From assembly GCA_963662275.1 (NCBI GenBank), contig OY759316.1, positions 832,001 through 896,000 on the forward strand: a stretch of 64,000 bases of DNA. The letters are read 5' to 3'. A program made the position numbers and the translations under genes. The notes beneath the pieces were generated by a model that did not search any database, had not been told where the DNA came from, and saw only the letters and a program-made list of their open reading frames with translations. This DNA is from Candidatus Cloacimonadales bacterium (GTDB taxonomy: Bacteria > Cloacimonadota > Cloacimonadia > Cloacimonadales > DAONDQ01). Below, piece by piece: positions 1 through 10,366 of the stretch (positions within the stretch are counted from its first letter, which is position 1; the number at the start of each line of letters is the position of its first letter).

Positions 1-2
1 AT

Positions 3-1148
3 GCTTATTATGCTTCATGCTTCCCGGATAGAAGTGGAGGTTATCTCGCACTAAGTGGTAACAACGAAGATCGTATATTGCATTCTTTAGATAGCACATT
101 TCAATTTAGCCATATGATTCTTAATTATGATGACAATAATATACAAATTTTCCCAATTCGTCTTTATGAAGAGCAAGACGGTTATATTATTACCGGACTT
201 CAACGTAATCCCGAAAGATTTGTATGTGCAAAATACAATTATTCTCATAATATTATTTGGAAGCACACGTTTATTGATCAGGTTTCTTCTTATAGTAATT
301 GTCCTTCTTTAGCACTTACTTCAGATTTGAGTTATTTGTTTTGGTCACCGCAAATGCGTTTGATGAAAGTCTCAAATGCAGGAGACTCTCTCTGGAATAT
401 TGACTATAATAATGCTCCATACTATAACCTTGCTCTAATTGAGCAAAATGATATTTTATATGGTGCAAGATATCATTACAATCCAGGAATAAATCAACGG
501 TTTATTCAAATTTTACGATATCATCTGGACTCAACACAACTTGACACGCTTTACAGTTTTCCTATTCTTCATAATGTAGGTGAACCATCAATTAATGCTA
601 AATTCCTTCATTTATCCGATAATTCTATATTGTTAACGACTCCTTTGGCAACAGGTCAATTACATAAGTTCGATGCTAACATGAGTCTGCTTTGGAGCAG
701 TAACTTGGTGCAATATCCCCTTGAAGATAGAGCTACTTATGTCGGTCTTGGTAGAAATCCAACCAGGGAAATGCCAAATGGTGATTTATTGACGTGTCTC
801 TGGAATGATCTTTGGAATGATAATAGTGCGATCTATCTTATCAGGACTGATCCTGTAGGTCATGTAATTGCAAATGACGATGCCGTTCAAGTAAAACCCA
901 AGGGTAATTCCTTCAGTGTTTATCCAAATCCGTTCTTTTCTTCAATCAAAATAACAGCAAACAAGAAATTACCTTTAAATACTTCACTAAAGATATTCAA
1001 TATTAAAGGGCAACTCGTAAAGAGTAATAAGATAGAATTAGAGAGAACAGAGTGGATTCCGAAGAACCTTGCATCAGGGATTTACTTTATGCAGTTTAAT
1101 GTCGCAGGGAGAGCATTTGAGATTCACAAGATTCTATTTATGAAGTAA
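3..1148 (+). CDS. Secreted protein with T9SS type-A/FlgD-like C-terminal sorting domain (5' truncated by window edge)
   Basis: Frame is open from position 3; C-terminus VYPNPF...IFNIKGQLV...LASGIYF...KILFMK is a typical CTD. Confidence 0.8.
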   Translation, partial: AYYASCFPDRSGGYLALSGNNEDRILHSLDSTFQFSHMILNYDDNNIQIFPIRLYEEQDGYIITGLQRNPERFVCAKYNYSHNIIWKHTFIDQVSSYSNCPSLALTSDLSYLFWSPQMRLMKVSNAGDSLWNIDYNNAPYYNLALIEQNDILYGARYHYNPGINQRFIQILRYHLDSTQLDTLYSFPILHNVGEPSINAKFLHLSDNSILLTTPLATGQLHKFDANMSLLWSSNLVQYPLEDRATYVGLGRNPTREMPNGDLLTCLWNDLWNDNSAIYLIRTDPVGHVIANDDAVQVKPKGNSFSVYPNPFFSSIKITANKKLPLNTSLKIFNIKGQLVKSNKIELERTEWIPKNLASGIYFMQFNVAGRAFEIHKILFMK

Positions 1149-1168
1149 GATAATCAGATTTAAGTTGG

Positions 1169-1201
1169 ATGTAGAGACGCCCCAATTGGGCGTCTCTACA
1201 T
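1169..1201. repeat. GTAG-type REP-like palindrome, possibly also acting as terminator
   Basis: Perfect 14-bp stem ATGTAGAGACGCCC / GGGCGTCTCTACAT with 5-nt loop, just after the stop codon. Confidence 0.75.
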
Positions 1202-1395
1202 TGATATCATTATCCATGATTAGAGTTCAATATTTTGAAGGATATAAAATAATAATTGTAATTTATCTATTTCCTTGATATTACAAAAACAAATATGGAG
1301 AATACACAAAAATCCCTTGACCAATAAACGCTTACCGAAATTATAACATAATCTCAAATTATATTAATAGAACGATATAGAGGAGCAAAATAGAA

Positions 1396-1689
1396 ATGGT
1401 AAGACTAAGATTGAGAAGAATGGGCGCAAGAAATTGCCCTTTCTATCGTATAATAGCGGTAGATTCCAGAAAAAGCAGAGATGGTGAATACATTGAAAGC
1501 ATCGGATATTATGATCCTAAACCAACTCCAAGTGATATTCAATTGGATAAAGAAAAAGCATTGAAATGGCTCCAGGTTGGTGCACAGCCATCTGAAACTG
1601 TTCGTTCCCTACTGAAAAAAGCTGGGATACTTGAAATTTGGCATAATATGAAATGTGAAAAAAAGGAAATAACCCCAGACTCAAATTAA
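1396..1689 (+). CDS. rpsP: 30S ribosomal protein S16
   Basis: MVRLRLRRMG..PFYRIIAVDSRKSRDG..IESIGYYDP..GAQPSETV; GAGGAG SD. Confidence 0.98.
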   Translation: MVRLRLRRMGARNCPFYRIIAVDSRKSRDGEYIESIGYYDPKPTPSDIQLDKEKALKWLQVGAQPSETVRSLLKKAGILEIWHNMKCEKKEITPDSN

Positions 1690-1709
1690 AACGGACCAAG
1701 GAGTAGCTC

Positions 1710-1940
1710 ATGAAGGACTTGATCGAATTTATCGTCAAAGCATTGGTGGATGATCCCAGTGAAGTGAACATCACCGAAATCCAAGGTGATAAGATCACAC
1801 TATATGAACTACGTGTTGCCAAAGCAGACATTGGCAAAGTCATCGGTAAAAGAGGACGTACTGCCGGTGCAATCCGCACAATACTCAATGCAGTAAGCAC
1901 TAAGCAGGGAAAGCGAGCCGAACTCGAAATCATCGAGTAA
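1710..1940 (+). CDS. khpA: KH-domain RNA-binding protein KhpA/YlqC
   Basis: DIGKVIGKRGRTAGAIR KH motif; position between rpsP and rimM. Confidence 0.93.
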   Translation: MKDLIEFIVKALVDDPSEVNITEIQGDKITLYELRVAKADIGKVIGKRGRTAGAIRTILNAVSTKQGKRAELEIIE

Positions 1941-2462
1941 ATGGAAATCCAAGATCTTGTTTCTGTAGGCAGGTTGGGAACAGTCATCGATAAGGAAGAC
2001 TTTGTTTCCTTTCGAAAGAATGATCATTTCCAACCTGCCTTTTTTCATGAAAACCCAGATGTGTTTTTGATCTTTGACAAGGACATAGTGTTTTATGTGA
2101 CAATTGATCGTATCCGCGAAGCAGGAAAGAAATCTTTTCTTCATTTTGCGGAAGATGGTGTTATAGAAGCAATACGTAATGCTGGAAAAACGGAAGTTGC
2201 TTATCCGGAAGATGAATATCGGAAGATGTATGTTTCCGAAGAGAATCAATATGACCCAAGAGATATGAAAGCAGTCTTCAATGAAGAGGTTATCGGGACA
2301 ATCGAGGATTATCTTGAAAATCCTGGTCAACGTGTACTCATTATTATCTCCGAAGATGGAAAGGAAATACTCGTACCTGAAGTTGAAGCCTATGTTGAAT
2401 GGGTAGATTATGATAAGCGAATTATGTATTTTCGAAATATCCAGGAATTGATTGATCTATGA
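1941..2462 (+). CDS. rimM: 16S rRNA processing protein RimM (divergent)
   Basis: Operon position; PRC-barrel-like C-terminus IGTIEDYLENPGQRVL..GKEILVP. Confidence 0.8.
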   Translation: MEIQDLVSVGRLGTVIDKEDFVSFRKNDHFQPAFFHENPDVFLIFDKDIVFYVTIDRIREAGKKSFLHFAEDGVIEAIRNAGKTEVAYPEDEYRKMYVSEENQYDPRDMKAVFNEEVIGTIEDYLENPGQRVLIIISEDGKEILVPEVEAYVEWVDYDKRIMYFRNIQELIDL

Positions 2463-3130
2463 TCATTGATGTCCTGACCTTATTTCCGAACATGTTTCCA
2501 GGATTCCTGGAAGCCAGCATTGTACGCAAAGCTATCGAACAAAGTGCAATTGATGTCTATCTTACTGATATTCGAGATTTTGCTTTTAATAAACACCGTC
2601 AAACAGACGATTATCCCTATGGCGGAGAAGCCGGTATGATCATGAAACCGGAACCGATCTACGAAGCGCTGCAGTTTCTGGATCTTGAACCAGGATGCCC
2701 CGTTATCTATTTCTCTCCTCAAGGTAGAAAACTGGATCAGTCAATTGTAAAGGAATATCAATCACTACCTCGAATCGTGATGCTTTGCGGGCATTATAAA
2801 GAGATAGACCAGAGAATTCGGGATCGCTTTATAACTGATGAGATTTCCCTGGGAGATTACATCATATCGGGAGGGGAATTAGCTTCCATGATCATGATCG
2901 ATTCCCTGGCAAGATTACAGAATGGTGTTTTGAACGATCCGGCATCAGCTCAATCCGATTCGTTTGAGGATGGTATTCTGGATTGCCAGTATTATACGAG
3001 ACCTGAATTGTTCCTGGATATGCCTGTTCCTGAAGTCCTTCTTTCCGGTGACCACAAGAAAATCAAGCAGTGGCGGGAAGAAAAGGCGAGGGAGATCACG
3101 CGGAAGAGAAGACCGGATCTCATCAAATAA
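2459..3130 (+). CDS. trmD: tRNA (guanine37-N1)-methyltransferase
   Basis: VLTLFP, DDYPYGGEAGMIMKPEP, SPQG, CGHYKEIDQR, SLGDYIISGGE. Confidence 0.98.
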   Translation: MIIDVLTLFPNMFPGFLEASIVRKAIEQSAIDVYLTDIRDFAFNKHRQTDDYPYGGEAGMIMKPEPIYEALQFLDLEPGCPVIYFSPQGRKLDQSIVKEYQSLPRIVMLCGHYKEIDQRIRDRFITDEISLGDYIISGGELASMIMIDSLARLQNGVLNDPASAQSDSFEDGILDCQYYTRPELFLDMPVPEVLLSGDHKKIKQWREEKAREITRKRRPDLIK

Positions 3131-3326
3131 ATCAATGAGTTGATTTATTTGATAATTAAGAATTAAGAATTAAAAATTAAGAATTGCAGAGAGAATACGG
3201 TTCATCGAGTGATCTGTAGCGCTGACTTCAGGCGGTAATCTATTGTGTCAGAAGAAATCGGTTCATCGAGTGATTTCTCGGTCCTTGAGCGAAGTCGAAA
3301 TGCGAGAAATTGTATCGAGATGCACC
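3122..3326. repeat. Intergenic repeat cluster: 14-bp inverted repeat, heptamer STR, duplicated 16-mer, nested hairpin
   Basis: ATCAAATAAATCAA/TTGATTTATTTGAT at 3122-3153; (AATTAAR)x4 at 3154-3181; CGGTTCATCGAGTGAT at 3198 and 3259; ATTTCTCG/CGAGAAAT stem at 3273-3310. Confidence 0.8.
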
Positions 3327-3362
3327 AGCAAGCAGATTGAATAAGAAAAAGGAACATATAGA

Positions 3363-3959
3363 TTGAGTAAGCCGAATATCTACCTGGGACTGGTTCATTA
3401 TCCTGTGTATGATCGTAATATGAGAACAGTTACTACATCTGTCACAAACCTGGATATTCACGATATATCACGAAGTTGTCTTTCGTTCGGTGTGAAAAAG
3501 TACTTTCTGATCACCCCGGTCGAAAGCCAACATCAAATCATTCAAAGGATTTTGTCTTTCTGGAAAACAGATGCAGCAAAATCCTATAATCGTGATCGGA
3601 ATGTGGCATTGCAGGTCATTGAGATATGTAACTCAATTGATTTAGCGAAGATGTGGATTAGAAACCAGGAAGGTTCAGATCCGCTTGTGATTACGACAAC
3701 AGCCAGAGCGCAGGAAAAGCAGCTTTATTTTTCTGATTTTTTTAAAGTTAATCAAGAGAATAAACCCATCCTGCTACTGTTTGGAACTGGGAACGGTTTG
3801 GTCAATGAGCTTCATGACCAGGCAGATTTCATCTTGGAACCGATTATCGGTGCTTCCGATTACAATCATTTATCGGTTCGCAGTGCTGTTGCCATAATCT
3901 TGGATCGGATTTCTTCCGTAGAATACAAGGAGGAACCATGGACATCATTCAAGCCGTAG
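3363..3959 (+). CDS. SPOUT-class RNA methyltransferase (Methyltrn_RNA_4-like)
   Basis: [41 protein letters not shown]; family typically adjacent or fused to trmD. Confidence 0.88.
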   Translation: MSKPNIYLGLVHYPVYDRNMRTVTTSVTNLDIHDISRSCLSFGVKKYFLITPVESQHQIIQRILSFWKTDAAKSYNRDRNVALQVIEICNSIDLAKMWIRNQEGSDPLVITTTARAQEKQLYFSDFFKVNQENKPILLLFGTGNGLVNELHDQADFILEPIIGASDYNHLSVRSAVAIILDRISSVEYKEEPWTSFKP

Positions 3960-4297
3960 GAAAAGAAGAACTCAGAAGTGATTTTCCGGAGTATCGCGTT
4001 GGAGATACAGTCAAAGTGCATTTCAAAATTAAGGAAGGCGCTAAAGAACGTATCCAAGTTTTTCAGGGTGTCGTCATCCAAAAACGTGGTATGGGAATAT
4101 CCAAGACTTTTACGGTTCGTAAGATTAGTGACGGAATCGGAGTTGAGAGAATCTTTCCACAGCATTCTCCTCTGATAGACAAACTTGAAGTAGTGCGTTT
4201 CGGTCATGTTAGAAGAGCTAAACTTTTCTACTTGAGAGATGCAAAAGGTAAAGCTAGCCGTATCAAGGAAAAGAAACGCGTTATTGCACCGCGTTAA
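3938..4297 (+). CDS. rplS: 50S ribosomal protein L19
   Basis: [46 protein letters not shown]. Confidence 0.98.
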   Translation: MDIIQAVGKEELRSDFPEYRVGDTVKVHFKIKEGAKERIQVFQGVVIQKRGMGISKTFTVRKISDGIGVERIFPQHSPLIDKLEVVRFGHVRRAKLFYLRDAKGKASRIKEKKRVIAPR

Positions 4298-4309
4298 CAT
4301 TATCATAAG

Positions 4310-4337
4310 AAGGGGAGCCGATAGGCTCCCTTTTTTT
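4310..4337 (+). terminator. Rho-independent terminator
   Basis: GGGAGCC-GATA-GGCTCCC followed by T7. Confidence 0.9.
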
Positions 4338-4359
4338 GTTTCAAAAAGAAGGTGTGGAA

Positions 4360-4818
4360 ATGAATAAAATGAAGTTTGAATCACCAATCGGTTGGATTGA
4401 AATCAGGGAAGAAGATAGCGCTATCAGTTACTTGGTTTTCCATAATGAAGAGCCTCCATTTGAGGAACAGCCAACGCCCTTGTTGGAAACGGCAATGAAT
4501 CAAATTGCGGAGTATTTTCAAGGGAAAAGAAAAAACTTCGATCTACCTGTTGAATTGATGGGTACCTATTTTAGAATGAAAGTGTGGAATGAATTAGTGA
4601 ATATTCCCTACGGATACACACGGACATATGGTGAAATTGCGATTGCGATTGGAAATCCTCAAGCATGCAGAGCTGTGGGACAGGCGAATCATCATAATCC
4701 AATCAGCATTATTATTCCCTGTCATCGGGTCATAGGTTCTGATGGAAATCTGACTGGCTATGGTGGTGAATTATGGCGTAAAAAGTGGTTATTGGAGTTT
4801 GAAAAGAAAAATATATAA
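4360..4818 (+). CDS. ogt: Methylated-DNA-protein-cysteine methyltransferase
   Basis: RAVGQAN..NPISIIIPCHRVIG..LTGYGG; start moved to ATG 4360. Confidence 0.95.
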   Translation: MNKMKFESPIGWIEIREEDSAISYLVFHNEEPPFEEQPTPLLETAMNQIAEYFQGKRKNFDLPVELMGTYFRMKVWNELVNIPYGYTRTYGEIAIAIGNPQACRAVGQANHHNPISIIIPCHRVIGSDGNLTGYGGELWRKKWLLEFEKKNI

Positions 4819-4904
4819 ATATATTGCCAAACATTAAGAATGAAATAACTTAAGATTTAATACAAAGAAAAGGGCAGATTCTATTAAATGAAATCGAGGT
4901 GACT

Positions 4905-7900
4905 ATGAAACAGTGGGCTTTAGTTCTTATATTGATATCGATACTTGCTTGTCTAACGGCTATGCAATTCACAGGCGATCCTAAAACCTGGAACATGGAA
5001 GACTTTGTTGGTGCAGATTCAATCGGTGATTGCACAGGAATGTATGGTGATATTTCTTCATTCTTTGTTCGGAATGAGGCTAGTACTATAAATATCAGAA
5101 TCACTTTTGATGACATGTGCATCCGACAAAAGAACAAATATGTAAAAGACAATTATAGCGATAGTAAGCTGCAGTTAAACTTCAAGGCTATGAATATCAA
5201 GAGTAGGGAAGTAGTTACAGAAATCAGCATACCTCTCGCTGAAAAACAGATTCGTTCAGCTTCCTATACATTGCTTCGAACTCCTGAAAATAACATGCTT
5301 GAAATATCCCTTCCTATCTTATCTCCTGCTAGACCACATGAAATGGAATACTCGATTATCGTCATTGATGAAAATGGGAAAGTGATTGATCAGCTCTTCA
5401 AATCCGGTGCTACTAGAGATGGTGGAGGTAATGTCGCTTTTGTTCATCACGGAAACCAGGGTTTAACTTATACGGAAGTATTTTACGGACAATATCCAGC
5501 AGAATCAAGCGGTTTTGATGAAGTTCTTCAAGTGCATGATGCAACTGGAGTACCAGGTAATTTCCATATGTCAGGGACACTCATGCCTGCTGCTCAATGG
5601 CATAATCCTGAATTCAATACCTGGCTGAGAACCATGGCATCACAAGGTAAGGTTGCCATGATGACCTCTGCTCTTGGACAACACATCATGCCTTTCGTTC
5701 ACGATAATATGAATAACTGGTCAGTGAAAGTGGAATCTGATATGGTTCGATATCTCTATAACTATGATCCTAAAGTTGCCTGGGTGCCTGAACGCGTTTG
5801 GCTTGATCCCAGCCGTTATCCAAATAATGGCGTCATTGATTGGATTGGAGACAACTGGCAGCAGAATGGTGTGGAAGCTGTTGTCTTGGATGATTGGCCT
5901 CATTGCAACGGATACTCAAATAGTAAAATACATTGGATGAACAACGGCATGGGGATAAATTTACGTGTGATTCCCATCAACGGTGATTTTGTAGGTAGAA
6001 TGATGAGTGATGCCAGCGGAGCGAAGAACCTTATCTGGAATACAGGTATGTACGGTATTACTGTTTATGGTACGGATTGGGAAGTCGCTTCTGAAATGAA
6101 TGAACATAACGGTTCATGGCGTCTTGATAATTATGAAAGTGTACTCTGGTGGTGTCATGACAACTATCCTGCCGTCAATGGCTGGAAACTGGATACTGCT
6201 CTTTCAAATCACAATTTCGATGGACAAGGTATAGATATCACTCCCGGTAATTACGGCTTATTGGGTGGAACAGGCGGATACGGCGGTAGTAATAACTCCT
6301 GGTACCCTGATTGGGCTGCAACCGAATCACATTCTGACTTCCATAGCCCTAAATGGAATTATGGCTATGTTTGGAATGATGCTTATAATAATCTCATGAC
6401 TGCTCCCAATAATTCGTTATCCCAGATGGGCTGGTACATCATGATGATCAATCTTCATGAAACAGGTTGGCATGATGCCGGAGTCTCAGGTTGGATACAC
6501 AGGTATTCTTCACATATTAAGAATGCGAATGTTTATGCTGAAGCTTCACGTTGGGCTGCTGGACAATATACAACGACAACTGCTGCCTATTATAATGATA
6601 TTGACCACGATGGCGGTAGTGAACTGGTCATGCATAATGATAAGATCTTTGCTGTGTTTGAAGGTGTCGGTGGTAAAGCTCAATGGCTTTTCTACAAGGA
6701 TGGATATGGAAACGCATATTCAATGGTTGGGTCAGATGTTGCTTATTGGTCAGAAACTGATGGTGATTATAACGAAGGCTCAGCCAATCATTTTGCTGCG
6801 CTTTCTGAAGTCTCTCCTAATATGCAGGGATCAATCTACAATATTTCTATTCAGCAATCCAGTGGAAATCTAGTCCAAGCTACTCTTGATCAAGTTGGTG
6901 TAAAGAAGGTCATTAAACTTGAAACGGGAAAGAACTACCTGGATTGTTCTTATAATTTCTTTGGTTCCACAGGCTATATCAAATCCGGTTGGACACCTGA
7001 TATGTTGGATATTATCTGGAATGGCAAGAATCACTTACAGCGTCTCTATGGTGCTTCAGCTTCTTATGCCGGTTGGAGAAATTCTGCTTCCGGCGCTTCA
7101 GTTGCCTATGTGTTAGGTTCAGCAGGCGGCAGCCACCAGGGTGAATTCGAAGGTACAATGGTCAAAGGCGACCAGATATCCGGTAACAATACATTTGCTT
7201 TCCGCTTGTTTGCAGGCTATACTGCTTCACCCTCAGGAACACAAGTTACAGAATTGAATACTCTTGCTTCTCAAACCACTGATTTAACCGGTCCAAGTGT
7301 CAGCTCTGCCAATATTGTCGGAACACGTAAAATACAGGTTGTGCTCAGTGAAGTAGTGGATCAAACTTCTGCTGAAACAATATCTAATTATACTCTGGGC
7401 AGTTCTTTGAACGTGACTTCTGCAAAGTTGTACTTTGGGAGAAAAGTGGTTCTAACGGTTGATGCAAATATCACTGCCGGAGGAACTGTGACAGTTCAGG
7501 TCAATGGTGTGAAGGATCTCTTCGGGAATACAACCGATACGGATCATAATACAGCAACAGCAACCTGGGTCGTCATACCTCATCTTGTTGGAACAATGAA
7601 TAGCTGGACTACAACAAATCATACCTATGACCTGGTTCTCCAGGATAATGGTGTCTGGCAGCTTTCTACTTCTCTCGGTGCAGGCACTCATCTGTATAAA
7701 GTCATGGAGAGCGAAAGCTGGAATGGCAATGATTGGCCTACAAACAATCAATCCCTTACATTGACTTCAACAACGACTGTTGTTTTCAGAGCGAATTGTG
7801 GTGTTACCATTGGAGCGAAAAGTGGTGATGAGTACGTTACTCACTATGCACCCCAGGTAGCAGGCAGCTTTTTATCAGAAATTGGGGGTGTTGACTGGAG

Positions 7901-10361
7901 TACATCCGATTCTCATGGAGTAATGACAGATACAGATAACGATGGCATTTGGCGGTTACAGGTACTCGTTCCTGCAGGAAGTTATGAATATAAGATTGCT
8001 TTGCAAAAGAACTGGGATCAGAGTACATCAGGTATCAATTTTGCCTTTACTTCTGATGGTGCTCATGAGACGATCTTCACTTACAACATGGCGACGAATG
8101 CTACTGCATCCTCAACGACAGGAGTCTTTTCTCCTCCTACGAATCTGACTGCTCAAATCGTTGGATCAGCAATCAGGTTGAATTGGAATGCACCTCTATC
8201 AAGATCGATTACCAGTTATAAGATATATCGTAATGGTTCTTTACTGACTTCAACCGCAAGTGTACCTTACGATGATTCCGCTATTATTAATGGCAACCGT
8301 TATGCATATGCCTTAAAAACTGTATATACATCACCAACCGGTGAATCTGCACTTACGGATTCAGTAGTTGTAAGTTATTTTATTCCTGCTGAATTGACCG
8401 CTGTCCTTTTCCAACCTTCTACTTCATCTACCTATTCCAATTTTATTCAAGGCGGAGAAATAGCAAGTCATGACAATCTGAGAATTGAAGTGAAACTCAC
8501 TCCCAATGATTCATTGAACATTTCAACTCACAGCGCTCAACTACACTATACGTTGGATGAAATTATCTGGAATACTAAGTATTTTGCATACGATCATAGC
8601 TCTGGTGGTGCATCATATTGGCGACTGAGCTTGAATAATGGTGTGGATTTTGCTCCTGGTCAAACTGTTAAATTCTATGTTACTGCAACTGATTATAACG
8701 GACCTGTAATTTCTGATACCAATGGCTCTGCAAATTATACTGTGCATATCCATCAGATCGGCACTCAACAGCAGGTGGCGGTTACTTTCAGAGTAAATAT
8801 GAACTTGGTGACTCCTGCTGATTCTATCTTTATAGCTGGTGATTTTACAAACTGGGATACAAACAAAGTTTTAATGTCAGATGAAGATCATGACGGTATC
8901 TATACCGCTACTGTTATCTTTCCGCTTGATACGGTTTATGAGCATACCTATAAGTTTAAGAACGGAAGTGTATGGGAATTCGTAGGTCTTGCAGATCGAG
9001 CTCTGACTATCAACGATTCAAGTCCGACCCAGCTCCTTGACATGGCTTACTTTAATATGAATCCGACCAGTGACATGTTATCTGTTCAGTTCCTGCCTGA
9101 TTCTCAGTCTGAGTTCACAAACTTTGAAAATCATGCCTCTCTATCAGGGAATAGCTATCTGTATTTTGAAGTCAGACTAACACCTGCTGATTCTCTTGAT
9201 AATTCACATCACAGGGCACAACTGGTTTATAAAAAAGGTACAGGGATTTGGCAAACTGTTGACTTTGCATGGAATAACAACTTCGGTGGCAATTCTTACT
9301 GGCGTTATACTCTCCGTAATGGAACTGACGTTGTTGCTGGTGATACAATCACATTCTATGTCACTGGAACTGACTACAATGGACCAACCTTTACCGATAA
9401 CAATAGTGGTACATATTATCATGTGAGTTTAAGATCCACAACCCTGGTTCATCCTGTTACCGTTACATTCAGTGTGGATATGAGGTTTGTCGCACATGCA
9501 GATTCTATCTACCTGGCTGGTGATTTTACGAATTGGGGAACGAATCAGATACAGATGCTTGATCCAAATCTAGATGGTATTTATACAGCGAGTTATGAAT
9601 TCCCAATAGGCTTGGATTTTACACGTCAGTATAAATATGTGAATGGTACTGAATTCGAATTTAATTACGGCATACACCGCATTTTCCTGATCGATGATAC
9701 TGCCTATACTCAATTATTGCCTGTTGATTACTTCAACAATGTGTATCCAGTTGAACTTATAGGTGTACAATTTATGCCATTAGCATCATCCATCTACACA
9801 AATTTCAATGCAGGTGGTTCTGTCGCAAATGGAAGCAATCTGTTATTTGAAGTTCAACTAACACCTCCTGATTTACTGGCAAATTCATATTTCAATACAA
9901 AACTGCATTATAAAGTAAATAACGGAACCTGGCACATGAAGGATTTTCTGTGGAATAATAACTATGAGAACTATTCCTATTGGCGTATAGATCTGGTAAA
10001 TGGTGTAGAAATACAGAATGGTGATTTTGTAGATTTTTATGTAGATGCTACAGATTATAATGGACCGGTTTTTGTAGATAACAATAATGGTCTTAATTAT
10101 CGGGTTAATGTGGGAGATATCATATCTCTTCAAATACCCTTGAATATAGCAATTTCAAAAACAACAACGCATATTGTGCTGGATTGGGAAGAAGTTACTT
10201 TAGCAAATTCATATAAAATATACGAAGCAGATACACCAACAGGGACTTTTACATATCTCGGCTCAACTGCATTAACTAGTTATACAATCCTACTTGGAGC
10301 AACAGCACAAGTCAAATTCTATCACGTCGTAGCATCGACAGATGAACTTCCAGTGAAATAG
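4905..10361 (+). CDS. Giant secreted GH57 alpha-amylase/4-alpha-glucanotransferase-like enzyme with Ig, FN3 and repeated CBM-like modules
   Basis: Signal peptide; GH57-like motifs HHGNQ, WVPERVW, VVLDD, YGTDWE; DIDHDGGSELVMHND C-domain; repeated AGDFTNW..DGIYTA..YK..NG modules. Confidence 0.75.
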   Translation: MKQWALVLILISILACLTAMQFTGDPKTWNMEDFVGADSIGDCTGMYGDISSFFVRNEASTINIRITFDDMCIRQKNKYVKDNYSDSKLQLNFKAMNIKSREVVTEISIPLAEKQIRSASYTLLRTPENNMLEISLPILSPARPHEMEYSIIVIDENGKVIDQLFKSGATRDGGGNVAFVHHGNQGLTYTEVFYGQYPAESSGFDEVLQVHDATGVPGNFHMSGTLMPAAQWHNPEFNTWLRTMASQGKVAMMTSALGQHIMPFVHDNMNNWSVKVESDMVRYLYNYDPKVAWVPERVWLDPSRYPNNGVIDWIGDNWQQNGVEAVVLDDWPHCNGYSNSKIHWMNNGMGINLRVIPINGDFVGRMMSDASGAKNLIWNTGMYGITVYGTDWEVASEMNEHNGSWRLDNYESVLWWCHDNYPAVNGWKLDTALSNHNFDGQGIDITPGNYGLLGGTGGYGGSNNSWYPDWAATESHSDFHSPKWNYGYVWNDAYNNLMTAPNNSLSQMGWYIMMINLHETGWHDAGVSGWIHRYSSHIKNANVYAEASRWAAGQYTTTTAAYYNDIDHDGGSELVMHNDKIFAVFEGVGGKAQWLFYKDGYGNAYSMVGSDVAYWSETDGDYNEGSANHFAALSEVSPNMQGSIYNISIQQSSGNLVQATLDQVGVKKVIKLETGKNYLDCSYNFFGSTGYIKSGWTPDMLDIIWNGKNHLQRLYGASASYAGWRNSASGASVAYVLGSAGGSHQGEFEGTMVKGDQISGNNTFAFRLFAGYTASPSGTQVTELNTLASQTTDLTGPSVSSANIVGTRKIQVVLSEVVDQTSAETISNYTLGSSLNVTSAKLYFGRKVVLTVDANITAGGTVTVQVNGVKDLFGNTTDTDHNTATATWVVIPHLVGTMNSWTTTNHTYDLVLQDNGVWQLSTSLGAGTHLYKVMESESWNGNDWPTNNQSLTLTSTTTVVFRANCGVTIGAKSGDEYVTHYAPQVAGSFLSEIGGVDWSTSDSHGVMTDTDNDGIWRLQVLVPAGSYEYKIALQKNWDQSTSGINFAFTSDGAHETIFTYNMATNATASSTTGVFSPPTNLTAQIVGSAIRLNWNAPLSRSITSYKIYRNGSLLTSTASVPYDDSAIINGNRYAYALKTVYTSPTGESALTDSVVVSYFIPAELTAVLFQPSTSSTYSNFIQGGEIASHDNLRIEVKLTPNDSLNISTHSAQLHYTLDEIIWNTKYFAYDHSSGGASYWRLSLNNGVDFAPGQTVKFYVTATDYNGPVISDTNGSANYTVHIHQIGTQQQVAVTFRVNMNLVTPADSIFIAGDFTNWDTNKVLMSDEDHDGIYTATVIFPLDTVYEHTYKFKNGSVWEFVGLADRALTINDSSPTQLLDMAYFNMNPTSDMLSVQFLPDSQSEFTNFENHASLSGNSYLYFEVRLTPADSLDNSHHRAQLVYKKGTGIWQTVDFAWNNNFGGNSYWRYTLRNGTDVVAGDTITFYVTGTDYNGPTFTDNNSGTYYHVSLRSTTLVHPVTVTFSVDMRFVAHADSIYLAGDFTNWGTNQIQMLDPNLDGIYTASYEFPIGLDFTRQYKYVNGTEFEFNYGIHRIFLIDDTAYTQLLPVDYFNNVYPVELIGVQFMPLASSIYTNFNAGGSVANGSNLLFEVQLTPPDLLANSYFNTKLHYKVNNGTWHMKDFLWNNNYENYSYWRIDLVNGVEIQNGDFVDFYVDATDYNGPVFVDNNNGLNYRVNVGDIISLQIPLNIAISKTTTHIVLDWEEVTLANSYKIYEADTPTGTFTYLGSTALTSYTILLGATAQVKFYHVVASTDELPVK

Positions 10362-10366
10362 GTATA

